Position numbers and translations under genes: made by a program. A model generated the notes under the pieces. The model made no database searches and was not told where the DNA came from. It worked only from the letters and a program-made list of their open reading frames with translations. A stretch of DNA of 64,000 nt, from the NCBI GenBank assembly GCA_965238175.1, contig CBDEGZ010000003.1, positions 2,592,001 through 2,656,000 of the forward strand, written 5' to 3'. The DNA comes from Gammaproteobacteria bacterium (GTDB lineage: Bacteria; Pseudomonadota; Gammaproteobacteria; CAJXQU01). Of this stretch, positions 41,701 through 51,524 are shown piece after piece. Within the stretch, counting starts at the first letter, position 1. Every line of letters begins with the position of its first letter.

Positions 41701-42272
41701 AGTAGTAATCTGTTTGTTAACTTTTTGAAATAATATTTCAGAATTCTTTCGAGACTTTGTTCAAGACCCAATTTACCTTCCGGTAATTTGTTGTATTCTC
41801 CAGACTTGGTTTTGTTAGTTTCCCGATCTTTATGTTCCGCACTTTGTTTTTTCTTTTCAGTAACTTCTCCAATTTTAACCAAAATATCCAGTACTTTTTT
41901 ATCTGGTTCTTCAAAAGAAACCCCCATCCCACTTTGGAAGATGCGCACAATTTTGAAGTTTACAGAATAGTTTTTTTCACCCGCACCTTTATATTTAACA
42001 ACGAATTCGACAGAAAAACGTCTACCTTGGATCGAATCTTTGATTGCTTGAATTTCAGATCTACCTTGTTCATCTCTCCATGAAAGGAAAAAACCATCAG
42101 GACAAAAATCTCGAATAATGCAGGGTTTTGCTTCTAACTCGCCACCACGTAAAGTGGCACGCATAGCCATAGGCACACGTCTGTAGCGCCTTCTTTCAGC
42201 TCCAGTAGCTTCTTTTATTGATTCTTTTGACATAAATTTGTTTGGTCTCTTTTCTAGAAACTTAACATTCAA
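38706..42272 (-). CDS. PilZ - DUF1631-like - degenerate GGDEF - degenerate EAL protein (start may be ATG at 42233)
   Basis: RRYRR and DFCPDG PilZ motifs; DEETGLLN...RHGEHAL replaces GGDEF; KICFDV...[14 protein letters not shown]...IDYICID is an EAL remnant. Confidence 0.78.
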   Translation of the reverse strand: MNVKFLEKRPNKFMSKESIKEATGAERRRYRRVPMAMRATLRGGELEAKPCIIRDFCPDGFFLSWRDEQGRSEIQAIKDSIQGRRFSVEFVVKYKGAGEKNYSVNFKIVRIFQSGMGVSFEEPDKKVLDILVKIGEVTEKKKQSAEHKDRETNKTKSGEYNKLPEGKLGLEQSLERILKYYFKKLTNRLLLSIKETTDENEKYEYFNAHGVFEDYVDSAVTNITKAIQGQFHKRPALNWEKAFENQDLSRSGTLSLVAEKEFETYLVLTGIVSDAEADHRLLLYRVTRKLSELYDSNYDEILNPIGFSRLFTTIDSYLQSKDLGYTALRLAYHQLEEVLLPDLIILYEELSEGIESSPQNRASKRPGTVHESSRLRRTSDKIEVPQQVQMYPGRGYPTGHNGNNIGVPVMAGAVPSFAPQSSEQITQTLMALKHSVGIPTSSHEMFQEQAGANETISVANQQQIITLLNRIQQEDNLKWKKGEMIGDIEGRLNPLFQNGGQQFGADVQNVFGLAEGVLDFLKEEQYLSSYARQDFQRMQAVLYKQAISEGGLFQDRSNPLRNIINLFEQLDMRGGSQQIEIRPAIDDIVERILSLESYDANSLENITNSLNELLERQSNLYQLRVQKVIDQCNQDQTLLQGFKKDNPDENRNRSKIPEPTGEYKVWQSHAKSMRRGDSLVIEGVAGERKLLSLAWIGPAYNQFIFVDNEGNKAVSMTQQELVIRLLKGTAELSDKDQKPLFDRAILSSLFGAYHDVNKQIIIDEETGLLNEEKYRTQLGLLLENARQDHVEHEFFYLSLSVAEDGEDNEKIINYLKHVAKLALEVFGQKSLIGRHGEHALGITSEFMSREGAFILAETLLKSLEDSDFILKDVRVHFPISIGISVINELATDIDQVVSLAIDACEKAKELGENQAWIHEEVSPSEDGQKVDSEHEVIDWQFWLEGYSQSEERIPLYGQRIVANKEEQAIKMLHIFPAMEDEEGVLRKPERFIKASSDHDLISAFEKRYIHNCLEWMSENKKKTLSKTRCLISLSAKTINSRGALDYVIKKLTECSVPPGKICFDVPGIFSEDEKLSVVRFIRTLREFGCRFSLGQFGVNGLSQEALKLPIDYICIDEILTSDVVESAQSYGLIKSLNDIAHMMEKQTVVSHEIDEDTLELLVEMNIDYITESEAEKAECLNSVSVESA

Positions 42273-42354
42273 GACTCATGCCAGTTGAAGAATTCAAGTA
42301 GTAAACCACTTAAACCAAAACCGTTTGTGTAATTCTATTCCTAATAGGTATTAG

Positions 42355-43602
42355 TTAGGCTGGTAATGCTTGGATTACCAGGCGATGCTCTCTTGCTAAC
42401 AAAGTAATACTGCCTATCCACAAAACACAAACAAGCATCGTTACCCAGCTGAGACTAACGATCGAAATGCCTGTGGGCAACCATTGAGTCAATAATAAAA
42501 TCAGAACTGATCCTGCCACTTTGAATAGACGATAGCCAAACATATCTATCCAAGCTTTTGCCTGATAAATCTGCAAGGGATCAAGCGGCACATATAACAA
42601 TTCGCGAGAAGCTCGATTAATAGAATAGGCCAAACCACGATCACTTATTTTCATTATTTGTGCAGTCAACATCCCTGGGAATATATAAAAACTCCATGTG
42701 CTAAATAGCAAAAAAAACGGTTGTAGAGTTAAGCCGGCAATAGTTCCAAAATTTCTATGTACAAAAGGTGTAATAAATAAATTTATACCGATAGCGATCA
42801 AACCCAGGTTAGCAAAAAAACCTGAAAGAAAACTTGTTCGTTGATTAAGATCTGTGAAATGAGTCTCAACCATACTCATGAATTTGTATTCCACTAATGG
42901 GGATGCAATTTGTGACAACATTAAAATAGTTGTAATCAATATCAGGTATCGATTTTTGATCAACGTCTCCCAACCTTCTATGAAAGTGGTTGTTTTAATT
43001 TTTTCTGTCTTTTCGTCATAGATGCCAATCCGGGAAAAGACCAGATTCAACACAACCAAGATCACTAAAATAGCTACCGCAAATAAGAGAAGATATGAAG
43101 TCTCATAACCTTTCTCAATCCACATTTTGGCCATTTTGCCACCGAAAACACCTCCGAGCAGCCCACCTGTTCCAACAATGCCATACCATCTTTTTCCATC
43201 TGAAACACGGTAAATAGAATTAGCCAGGCTCCAAAATTGTTCAACCAAAACAACACTAAAAATATCTACAAATATATAAAAAACAATAGCAGTTATTGTA
43301 CTTTGTTGACTAAATAAAGCATAAAAAACAAGCAGTGCGACAATAAAAGTAGCTAACGTTCCAAGGACTAGGTTCAACCGACTACATTTCTCCAAAAGAC
43401 GATGGTAATAACTGATCAATAATCCTAAAATGACTGCAGTACCTATCCAAACGTAGGGTAAAGAATCAGCGCCCAGGTACTCAATAAAGAGTGAACGACT
43501 CGCAGGTTTAATGTGGTAGTAGGCTAAGATGATAAGGAAAAAATTGATAAACAGTATCAAAGCTCGCCAAGTCAAACTCTGTGTAATTCCTGTACTTTTC
43601 AT
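42355..43602 (-). CDS. NTT/Npt1-Npt2 (AAA family) nucleotide translocase
   Basis: YYHIKP-x-x-RSLF, QFWSLANSIY...KRWYG, YSINRASRELLYVPL...YQAKAWID; about 12 TM helices. Confidence 0.82.
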   Translation of the reverse strand: MKSTGITQSLTWRALILFINFFLIILAYYHIKPASRSLFIEYLGADSLPYVWIGTAVILGLLISYYHRLLEKCSRLNLVLGTLATFIVALLVFYALFSQQSTITAIVFYIFVDIFSVVLVEQFWSLANSIYRVSDGKRWYGIVGTGGLLGGVFGGKMAKMWIEKGYETSYLLLFAVAILVILVVLNLVFSRIGIYDEKTEKIKTTTFIEGWETLIKNRYLILITTILMLSQIASPLVEYKFMSMVETHFTDLNQRTSFLSGFFANLGLIAIGINLFITPFVHRNFGTIAGLTLQPFFLLFSTWSFYIFPGMLTAQIMKISDRGLAYSINRASRELLYVPLDPLQIYQAKAWIDMFGYRLFKVAGSVLILLLTQWLPTGISIVSLSWVTMLVCVLWIGSITLLAREHRLVIQALPA

Positions 43603-43824
43603 CGTTTTACAGCCATTATTAAGTTGAACATCCCTTCTAACATCAGAGTAATGATACTATACTGATTCAATATTACAGCTAAATCACGGTGAATGTGACG
43701 CATAATTACAGTCACTGAACAGATCGGTACACAGTTCCACTTATGGGATATCAATAGTGTAAACACTAGCAATTTCATTTAAACAGTAGCGTGATTTTAG
43801 TAGTGCAACAAACGGATCAAATTT

Positions 43825-45267
43825 ATGTCAAATAGATCTAAAATACTTTTGATGTATAAAGTAAGCAAACTTGCTTCGCTAGGAGCGGTTTTAACTGTTT
43901 TGATTACAACTCCTATGAGAACTCTACAAGCCGAACCTGAAACTAAAAACAATACTAAGTCACGCTTAAATTCTTCGCTTAATAACCGAATGCAACATAT
44001 CACACTTGGCATAGGTACTCGCAGTAAAGTCTTTAAAGATCTCCCTTTTGAACCTGTTACAGATAACGCTGCTGTGACTACTAAAAAGCAAACTTCTGAT
44101 CTCAAAATACCAACAGGTGATCATTGGATAGAATTCACTATCGAAAAAGACGACACCTTATATAGCCTAGTGAGAAGAAGTGGATTAAGCATTAAAGATC
44201 TCTTTGTAATAATGCATGTTGGATTAGAAACAAGCGAACTTAAACACCTGAGGCCAGGACAAAAACTTAAAATTCATGCTTCTGATAGAAACATTCTTGA
44301 AATTGTTCATCATCAAACTAAAACAAGAAAACTACACGTAAAAAAAACCAATGATGTTTACTCAGGTTTAACAACCAATAATGGTATCAAAGTAAAGGTT
44401 ATTGAGCCGAAAAGAAGCCGTACCTTACTAGCAAGATCAAATAAACATTACCCTATACTTAGAGAACGCTCCGATACTAAATTACAACATAACCTTGAGA
44501 AAACCATCAGCCAATTAGGTCTTATGGAACAAGTCAATAGAAAAAAATTAGCCATTGCCCTTGTTGATATTAGCGATATCAATAGACCAAAACTTGCGAT
44601 GTTGAACGGTAATGAGATGATGTATGCAGCTAGCTTGCCGAAAATTGCAATCCTATTAGGTGCTTTTGTTGAAATCGAACAAGGTAATCTCTCATTAGAC
44701 CCTTCACTCCGTAGTGATCTCACCGAGATGATTAGATTTTCCTCCAATGAAAAAGCCACCAAAATGCTCAGCCGGGTTGGGAACCACCGTCTTCAGGAAA
44801 TCCTGATGTCTGATCGCTTTAAGCTTTATGATCCTCTTCAAAATGGCGGGCTCTGGGTAGGTAAATCCTATGGAAAGACACCAGCATTTGAACGTGATCC
44901 ACTACATAACCTTTCTCATGGAGCAACCGTGCTCCAAGCTGCACGTTTTTATTATCTGATGGAAACGGATCAATTAGTCTCCCATGATCTAACGGTAGAC
45001 ATGAAAGAGATTCTATCTGATCCAAAAATTAATCATAAGTTCGTTAAAGGTTTAGCTGATCGTCCAAGAGCGACAATTTACCGTAAATCCGGCTCTTGGC
45101 GACAGTGGCATGCAGATAGTGCATTAATCGAAGAAAATGGCTATAAATATATTGCGGTGGCACTTGCTGAAAGCCCTGATGGGGGGGAGTGGCTCTCTGA
45201 AATGATCGCCCCATTACATGATTTGATAGTAGTACCTCAAGCCTACGTCGAGCTCTCTAAAAACTAA
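43825..45267 (+). CDS. Exported LysM/OapA-like domain plus class A beta-lactamase-fold serine hydrolase
   Basis: WIEFTIEKDDTL...LRPGQKL domain; AASLPK (SxxK), SSN and KSG motifs. Confidence 0.8.
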   Translation: MSNRSKILLMYKVSKLASLGAVLTVLITTPMRTLQAEPETKNNTKSRLNSSLNNRMQHITLGIGTRSKVFKDLPFEPVTDNAAVTTKKQTSDLKIPTGDHWIEFTIEKDDTLYSLVRRSGLSIKDLFVIMHVGLETSELKHLRPGQKLKIHASDRNILEIVHHQTKTRKLHVKKTNDVYSGLTTNNGIKVKVIEPKRSRTLLARSNKHYPILRERSDTKLQHNLEKTISQLGLMEQVNRKKLAIALVDISDINRPKLAMLNGNEMMYAASLPKIAILLGAFVEIEQGNLSLDPSLRSDLTEMIRFSSNEKATKMLSRVGNHRLQEILMSDRFKLYDPLQNGGLWVGKSYGKTPAFERDPLHNLSHGATVLQAARFYYLMETDQLVSHDLTVDMKEILSDPKINHKFVKGLADRPRATIYRKSGSWRQWHADSALIEENGYKYIAVALAESPDGGEWLSEMIAPLHDLIVVPQAYVELSKN

Positions 45268-45326
45268 TAACAAGCTTTTTTTATAACTAAATAAAAGTCC
45301 GAATAACGGATCCTCTTTCGTTGTTA

Positions 45327-46784
45327 TTATTTTAGTATTTTTACCGCCAAAAACATTGGATTTCCATCACGTTGGATCAGTACTGGAACCGATTTATTTG
45401 ATGGCAGTTTTGCAACCAAACCCTTGAGCATATTACTGCTCGTGATTTTTTTATTATCAATCAATAAAATGATATCTCCAACATTAATTCCAGCATCCTG
45501 TGCTGGCCCCTTATTAACCTCTTCTACCAACACACCTTTATTTTCCAAACTCATTTGATTGCGTTCTTCATTCGTCAGGTTCTTTACCCGAATATTCAGA
45601 CGATTATCGGCGAGTGGTTTATTGTCAAGAGTAAGTGCAGAAGCCACTTTTTTATCACTAGGTAGTTCCTTGATCAAAACTTTCAATGTGATCTGTTTCC
45701 CAGAACGTAGCACTTTTACAGGAACACGTTCTCCCATTCGAGTTGTTCCAACAATTGGGGGTAATTCTGAAGACATATCGATGGTATGACCATTAAACTC
45801 AGTGATGATATCCCCAGTTTTGATACCAGCTTTAGCTGCAGGGCTAGCATCTAAGACCTTAGCAATCAATGATCCACCAGGTTTACTCATTCCAAATGAT
45901 TCCGCTAATTCACGAGTCACATCTTGAATCATGACACCAAGCCATCCACGGGAAACTGATCCTTTCCCTCGTAGTTGCTGGTAAACATTCATAACGATAT
46001 CCATAGGGATAGCGAATGAAAGCCCCATAAAACCGCCAGTACGACTATATATCTGCGAATTCACACCAACCGCATCACCGTCCAGATTAAAAAGCGGTCC
46101 ACCGGAATTTCCTGGGTTGATTGCGACATCGGTCTGAATAAAAGGAATATAATTTTCGTTAGGTAGACTGCGGCCTTTTGCACTTACAATTCCTGCTGTA
46201 ACGGAGTAATCAAAACCAAAAGGTGAACCAATCGCTAAGACCCATTCACCAACCTCGAGATCTTTTGAACGTCCAATATTTACAACAGGTAAATCTTTTG
46301 CCTCAACCTTCAACACGGCGATATCTGTTTGTTTGTCTGATCCGATCAATTTTGCTACGAATTCACGACGATCATTTAACCTTACAATAATTTCATCTGC
46401 TCCATGAACGACATGATGATTTGTGATCACATAACCATCTTCTGCAATGATAAAACCTGAGCCTAGTGAGGATCTTGGTTGAGATCTACCTGATCCATTG
46501 CCCTCACCAAAAAAGTGCCGGAAGAAATCATTCAATGGGCTATCTTCAGGTATATCTGGCATTTGCGGGATTTTCAAATTCGGTATTTCAGCACGTTTTT
46601 GTGACGTCGAAATATTCACAACTGCAGGGCTGTTTTCCTTAGCAAGTTTTGTAAATTCAGGAAGTGACCGTGCCTCTATAATAGGCTGAATCATGAAGAA
46701 AATGGCTATTACTGTTAACAGGCCAGATTTCCACTTTATAATCGAATTTAAAAATAAAGATCTAATCAAATTTACGTGGCTCAT
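45327..46784 (-). CDS. degP: DegP/MucD (HtrA) serine endoprotease
   Basis: TNHHV, DIAVLK, GNSGGPL and two PDZ domains. Confidence 0.93.
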   Translation of the reverse strand: MSHVNLIRSLFLNSIIKWKSGLLTVIAIFFMIQPIIEARSLPEFTKLAKENSPAVVNISTSQKRAEIPNLKIPQMPDIPEDSPLNDFFRHFFGEGNGSGRSQPRSSLGSGFIIAEDGYVITNHHVVHGADEIIVRLNDRREFVAKLIGSDKQTDIAVLKVEAKDLPVVNIGRSKDLEVGEWVLAIGSPFGFDYSVTAGIVSAKGRSLPNENYIPFIQTDVAINPGNSGGPLFNLDGDAVGVNSQIYSRTGGFMGLSFAIPMDIVMNVYQQLRGKGSVSRGWLGVMIQDVTRELAESFGMSKPGGSLIAKVLDASPAAKAGIKTGDIITEFNGHTIDMSSELPPIVGTTRMGERVPVKVLRSGKQITLKVLIKELPSDKKVASALTLDNKPLADNRLNIRVKNLTNEERNQMSLENKGVLVEEVNKGPAQDAGINVGDIILLIDNKKITSSNMLKGLVAKLPSNKSVPVLIQRDGNPMFLAVKILK

Positions 46785-46827
46785 ACCTTTTTCCTATAGA
46801 CGTAGTTGTACAGTTGAGAATTTTATC

Positions 46828-47805
46828 TTATAGATTATGAACAACAGATGAAGCTATTTTATGGACGGTCTTGGCAGGTAACTCACCGACTACAGTGACC
46901 TGATAGTCTTCTTGAGAATGGGTATATGCATTAACCGCACCTAAAGAAACATAACCATTCATGACCTTATCCTTTGCATTGGTATCTACCTTCTCAATAT
47001 AAAGTGAAACAGTCGCTAAGCCGTCAGAATAGACAAGGTGCTCAACGGGCTTTTTGATACCAGAAAAAAGTTGTTTGTTAGTACTTTCCATCGAAAACCC
47101 AACCGGCATCCATTGCACTTTCCACTGAGAGGGTTCTTGCGTTGTTTGATCCAAATTTTGTTCATTCGTATGCCATTCGTAGTTTTCAGCATCCATCGGT
47201 GTCATCAGATCACTAGGGATCTCGTGCGGTATCTCAATATGTGTGAACAATACAGTTTCAAGCGGTTTTTCTTGCAGACTAACAATAGCAGATTTGAGCA
47301 TTAGTCCAGTTTCATCATCAACCCAAAAATGGTAGATATAACGGTGCTCATCCTTTGGCATCACCTCAATAATATTGGTTTCTCGACCGGCGATTCGATC
47401 CCTACCTAACACTTGAAAGTTATAGAAACTACGTATCTTAGCAATTGATTCAGGAAAATTTACTGAAAGAAACTTATTTGACCCACCTTTATCAACCATA
47501 ACGGTCTGGTTATCTGAGTAGAAACAAGCGACATCTTGACCATCTTTAATAACTTCCCTGTTGGCCCCTGTTAATGAGATAAGACGTTCCTTCTCGCCCT
47601 GCTCGTCAACTTTATGGATAATGCGCATGCTCTCCAGTTGATTACCACGGCTATAAACAAAAATGCCGTCATAATTCAAATTGTGAGTGGCATTAGACAT
47701 CCTCTCGAGCATCTCAAGTGCTTGTTTAGATGAACTATCTTCAATCGCTTGAACTACAAACTGAAAAGATAACAACGCTACAATCATGCATATCCTTACG
47801 CCCAT
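46828..47805 (-). CDS. rseB: Sigma-E regulator RseB/MucB
   Basis: LNYDG-x-FVY, ERL-x-x-L-x-G, YSDGLA-x-VS and VVGELP motifs. Confidence 0.92.
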   Translation of the reverse strand: MGVRICMIVALLSFQFVVQAIEDSSSKQALEMLERMSNATHNLNYDGIFVYSRGNQLESMRIIHKVDEQGEKERLISLTGANREVIKDGQDVACFYSDNQTVMVDKGGSNKFLSVNFPESIAKIRSFYNFQVLGRDRIAGRETNIIEVMPKDEHRYIYHFWVDDETGLMLKSAIVSLQEKPLETVLFTHIEIPHEIPSDLMTPMDAENYEWHTNEQNLDQTTQEPSQWKVQWMPVGFSMESTNKQLFSGIKKPVEHLVYSDGLATVSLYIEKVDTNAKDKVMNGYVSLGAVNAYTHSQEDYQVTVVGELPAKTVHKIASSVVHNL

Positions 47806-47811
47806 ATTCGT

Positions 47812-48366
47812 TTACCGACTCGATCCGTGACCAACCAAACGAGCCTGTGGTGAAACACCTTGAACACCCATTCGAGAATTGAACTGATTATGATTAAGGA
47901 TATAAGGATTTAGCTGATTTGCTTCTATTGTGTTTTCGACAGATTCAAACTTAACAGTTCTAACTGTTTCAGGTATGGCGTTTGAGGCAAGAGGAGCACT
48001 TGCTTCTAATCCGGGCGCTTGCTGATTCCCACCTTGAAAACTGACAACAGCAACGGCAGTGACTGAAGCGGCTACAGCTAATCCTGCAAGTGGTTTAATA
48101 TAACTTGAGGGGTTGAATTTTTTCTTGCGTTTAGGAGCTAGTATCGTCGGCTCTTGTTCCAGCATTTCATTCAATCTACTTGCCAGATCTGGCTTAACCG
48201 ATGCAGGCAATGTATTTCTCATCGTGTCACCAATCATATGGTAACGTTGCCAACTACCTTTTGTATCAGGATCAATTTCGATATCTTTTATAGCAATTTC
48301 TCTATCTCTTCCTTCGAGCTCGCCATCCATCATGGCAGAAATTCTTTCTCGTTTTTCATCTTTCAT
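47812..48366 (-). CDS. rseA: Anti-sigma-E factor RseA/MucA
   Basis: ISAMMDGE, WQRYHMIGD, TM segment AVAASV, Y-x-x-x-H. Confidence 0.92.
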   Translation of the reverse strand: MKDEKRERISAMMDGELEGRDREIAIKDIEIDPDTKGSWQRYHMIGDTMRNTLPASVKPDLASRLNEMLEQEPTILAPKRKKKFNPSSYIKPLAGLAVAASVTAVAVVSFQGGNQQAPGLEASAPLASNAIPETVRTVKFESVENTIEANQLNPYILNHNQFNSRMGVQGVSPQARLVGHGSSR

Positions 48367-48372
48367 TTCATT

Positions 48373-48948
48373 TTACTCCAGCAGTGGTTTAAGGCGTACA
48401 TCAATCGCCTCCCGAGCTCGGAAAATACGTGACCTGACTGTCCCAATCGGGCATGTCATTGCATCCGCAATTTCGTCATAGCTCAATCCTTCAACTTCCC
48501 TCAATGTGATCGCAGTTCGTAAATCTTCGGGTAATTCTTCGATCGCATTGAAAATCGTCTCCTGTATTTCGCCGGTCAACAATAAGTTTTCCGGTGTATC
48601 TGTTTCCTTTAGAGCGTCATCCAGGTCATAGGTTTCATCATCTGAGCCAATTGGCTGAACTTCCTGTGGTCGACGCGCTCTTGAAGCCACATGATTCTTA
48701 GCTGTATTAATCGCAATGCGATACAACCAAGTATAAAAAGCACTATCCCCCCTAAAATTCGGCAACGCCCTGTACGCCTTTAAAAATGCTTCTTGAGCAA
48801 TATCCTGCGCATCAGTGATGTCACGTACATAACGAGACACCAAGTTAACCACCCTGTTCTGGTATTTTATTACCAGCAGATCAAAGGCTTTCTTGTCCCC
48901 ATTTTGTACTTTCTCAACTAATACGCTATCAGCGATTTCGTTGCCCAT
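48373..48948 (-). CDS. rpoE: RNA polymerase sigma-E
   Basis: AFDLLVIKYQ, SAFYTWLYRIAINTAKN and GTVRSRIFRARE motifs. Confidence 0.97.
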   Translation of the reverse strand: MGNEIADSVLVEKVQNGDKKAFDLLVIKYQNRVVNLVSRYVRDITDAQDIAQEAFLKAYRALPNFRGDSAFYTWLYRIAINTAKNHVASRARRPQEVQPIGSDDETYDLDDALKETDTPENLLLTGEIQETIFNAIEELPEDLRTAITLREVEGLSYDEIADAMTCPIGTVRSRIFRAREAIDVRLKPLLE

Positions 48949-49002
48949 CAGGGCTTTCTCCTTGTGTTATTATTATGCAGCTTTTCATCCTGACCCCGCG
49001 AG

Positions 49003-49029
49003 ATAGACACGCTATATTGGGAATAGTTC
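49003..49029 (-). promoter_or_regulatory. Sigma-E-dependent autoregulatory promoter of rpoE
   Basis: Minus strand GAACTA-N16-TCTAT, matching the RpoE/AlgU consensus GAACTT-N16-TCTRA/TCTAT. Confidence 0.75.
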
Positions 49030-49082
49030 GATGAAATGTAAGTTACCTTCATTAAAAGAAACTAAAATTGTCATAAAGCGCT

Positions 49083-50690
49083 ATGGTACATCAACATGAT
49101 TTCGACGTCCTTATTATCGGCAGCGGTGCTTCCGGCCTTAGTCTTGCCTTACGTTTATCGGAGCAGACCAATGTCGCCGTGGTATCAAAAGGACAACTAA
49201 AAGAAGGCTCTACCTATTGGGCTCAGGGTGGCATAGCAGCTGTTCTTGATCCAGCAGATACTCTGAGATCACATGTGGAAGACACGCTCAATGCAGGGGC
49301 TGGACTTTGTGATCCTGACATTGTCGAGTTTGTCGCCTCAAAAGGGCGCGAGAGCATCGAATGGTTATTGGATTTGGGCGTGCCTTTTACGCCTGATAAC
49401 GAAAGTGAACTGCCCTACCATCTAACTCGAGAAGGTGGTCATAGCCATCGACGCATCATTCATGCTGCAGATGCGACTGGTAGAGCGGTTGAAACCACGC
49501 TTGAAACACAAGCACGCGCTAATCCGAACATCTCAATATTTGAACACCATATCGCCATTGATTTGATCACAGGATCTAAAATTGGCTTAGAAACTGATCG
49601 TTGCGTTGGTGCATATATCTTTGATAAAGAACAGGATAAGGTACTAACGTTTCGAGCAAAATTCGTTGTTCTTGCAACGGGTGGTGCCGGAAAAGTCTAT
49701 CTTTATACGAGTAATCCTGACGTCTCAACAGGTGATGGAATTGCCATGGCAGCACGAGCTGGATGTGATATTGCTAACATGGAATTCATGCAGTTTCACC
49801 CAACATGCCTTTATCACCCTGAAGCAAAATCTTTTCTCATTACTGAGGCTATCCGTGGCGAGGGAGGTATTCTACTATTACCCAACGGTGAGCGATTTAT
49901 GGATCGTTTTGATAAGAGGGCTGAACTCGCTCCTCGCGATATCGTTGCTCGTGCAATTGATCACGAAATGAAACGTACTGGCAGTGATAGTGTATTTCTA
50001 GATATTAGTCATCGTTCAGCTGAATTTATAAAAGAACATTTTCCGAATGTTTCCGAAAAATGTCTTGAGTTTGGTTTTGATATTACCAAAGAACCAATCC
50101 CGGTGGTCCCTGCTGCACATTACATTTGCGGAGGAGTAACCACAGATATTCGTGGGAAAACAACAATCCCGGGGCTTTATGCAATTGGTGAAACCTCCTG
50201 CACAGGCTTACATGGCGCCAACCGGATGGCCAGTAACTCATTACTTGAATGTCTGGTTTTTGCTCAGTCTTGTCACGATGACATCGCAGCTAATCTTTCA
50301 TCGGCAACAATGCCACAGAACTTACCTCTTTGGGATGAAACTCAAGTGACCGATTCAGATGAAGAAGTGGTTGTATCCCATAACTGGGATGAACTACGCC
50401 GTTTCATGTGGGATTATGTTGGAATTGTTCGAACCACTAAGCGTCTGCAACGTGCGAAACACCGAGTCGAATTATTAAAAGCCGAAATTAGCGAGTACTA
50501 TGGCAACTTTCGCGTTTCCAATGATTTGATTGAACTAAGAAACCTTGTTCAGGTGGCCGATCTTATCATCGAATCTGCATTGCACCGACAAGAAAGCCGA
50601 GGCCTTCACTACACACTTAATTATCCCGAAATGTCGGGTAATCAACCACAAGATACCATCTTGAAAATGCGACAACATGAATCTACCTGA
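49083..50690 (+). CDS. nadB: L-aspartate oxidase
   Basis: GSGASG, WAQGGI, EGGHS, QFHPT and [12 protein letters not shown] motifs; divergent from rpoE. Confidence 0.96.
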   Translation: MVHQHDFDVLIIGSGASGLSLALRLSEQTNVAVVSKGQLKEGSTYWAQGGIAAVLDPADTLRSHVEDTLNAGAGLCDPDIVEFVASKGRESIEWLLDLGVPFTPDNESELPYHLTREGGHSHRRIIHAADATGRAVETTLETQARANPNISIFEHHIAIDLITGSKIGLETDRCVGAYIFDKEQDKVLTFRAKFVVLATGGAGKVYLYTSNPDVSTGDGIAMAARAGCDIANMEFMQFHPTCLYHPEAKSFLITEAIRGEGGILLLPNGERFMDRFDKRAELAPRDIVARAIDHEMKRTGSDSVFLDISHRSAEFIKEHFPNVSEKCLEFGFDITKEPIPVVPAAHYICGGVTTDIRGKTTIPGLYAIGETSCTGLHGANRMASNSLLECLVFAQSCHDDIAANLSSATMPQNLPLWDETQVTDSDEEVVVSHNWDELRRFMWDYVGIVRTTKRLQRAKHRVELLKAEISEYYGNFRVSNDLIELRNLVQVADLIIESALHRQESRGLHYTLNYPEMSGNQPQDTILKMRQHEST

Positions 50691-51423
50691 TTACACAGCA
50701 GAAAAAAATTTATTGAAAGGCAAAACGATTCTCGTAACAGGTGCTGCCGGTGGCATAGGCCAAGCAGCGGCTAGAAGCTTTGCTGAACATGGGGCTACAG
50801 TGATCATTCTTGATAAAAATGTTCCAGCTTTAGAATTACTTTATGATCAAATAAAGCAAGATCATCATCCAGAAGCTGCAATCTACCCAATGGATTTAGC
50901 CGGTGCTTCTGTCAAAGACTACGAAACACTTGAAGAAACACTGGCAAAAAACTTCGGGAAACTTGATGGTCTACTTCATAACGCAGCTATTCTCGGCAGC
51001 CTTACTAGCATTGCGAGTTATGATCTACAACAGTGGCATCAAGTCATGACGGTTAATTTTAATGCGCCATTACTATTAACTCGCGCTTGCCTATCACAAC
51101 TAAAAGCCTCAAATTCAGCCTCCGTAATCTTCACTTCTGACTCGGTAGGTCGTCAAGCAAAAGCCTATTGGGGTGCATATGGTATTTCAAAATTCGCAAC
51201 GGAAGGTCTAATGCAAACACTTGCCGAAGAACTTGAGACCAATACTTCAATTCGGGTCAACAGTATTGATCCAGGTCCGATCAAAACCCTTTTAAGATCC
51301 GCTGCCTACCCAGCTGAAGATCCTGATCAAAACCCACTTCCTGAAACAATTATGGATAAATATCTCTACTTAATGGGCAATGAAAGCCTATCTATAAATG
51401 GCCAAATGCTATCAGCCCAATAG
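50677..51423 (+). CDS. yciK: YciK-family short-chain oxidoreductase
   Basis: [21 protein letters not shown] (YxxxK), AYPAEDP. Confidence 0.85.
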   Translation: MNLPDYTAEKNLLKGKTILVTGAAGGIGQAAARSFAEHGATVIILDKNVPALELLYDQIKQDHHPEAAIYPMDLAGASVKDYETLEETLAKNFGKLDGLLHNAAILGSLTSIASYDLQQWHQVMTVNFNAPLLLTRACLSQLKASNSASVIFTSDSVGRQAKAYWGAYGISKFATEGLMQTLAEELETNTSIRVNSIDPGPIKTLLRSAAYPAEDPDQNPLPETIMDKYLYLMGNESLSINGQMLSAQ

Positions 51424-51470
51424 CGAACTCTCGTTACAAATAATTATGTAACCCATGCCCAGTCAAACTT

Positions 51471-51487
51471 TTGGCATGGTTTTCGCA
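51471..51487 (+). promoter_or_regulatory. Sigma-54 (-24/-12) promoter of the diguanylate cyclase gene
   Basis: TTGGCATGGTTTTCGCA = GG-N10-GC, close to YTGGCACGNNNNTTGCW. Confidence 0.65.
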
Positions 51488-51524
51488 TTGACAATTGTTA
51501 TTAATTAACAATGAGATGATCAAT

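Noticed and set aside
43694-43710. TGTGA-N7-TTACA as a CRP site between the NTT and serine hydrolase genes
   Set aside because: Wrong spacer length plus a mismatch.
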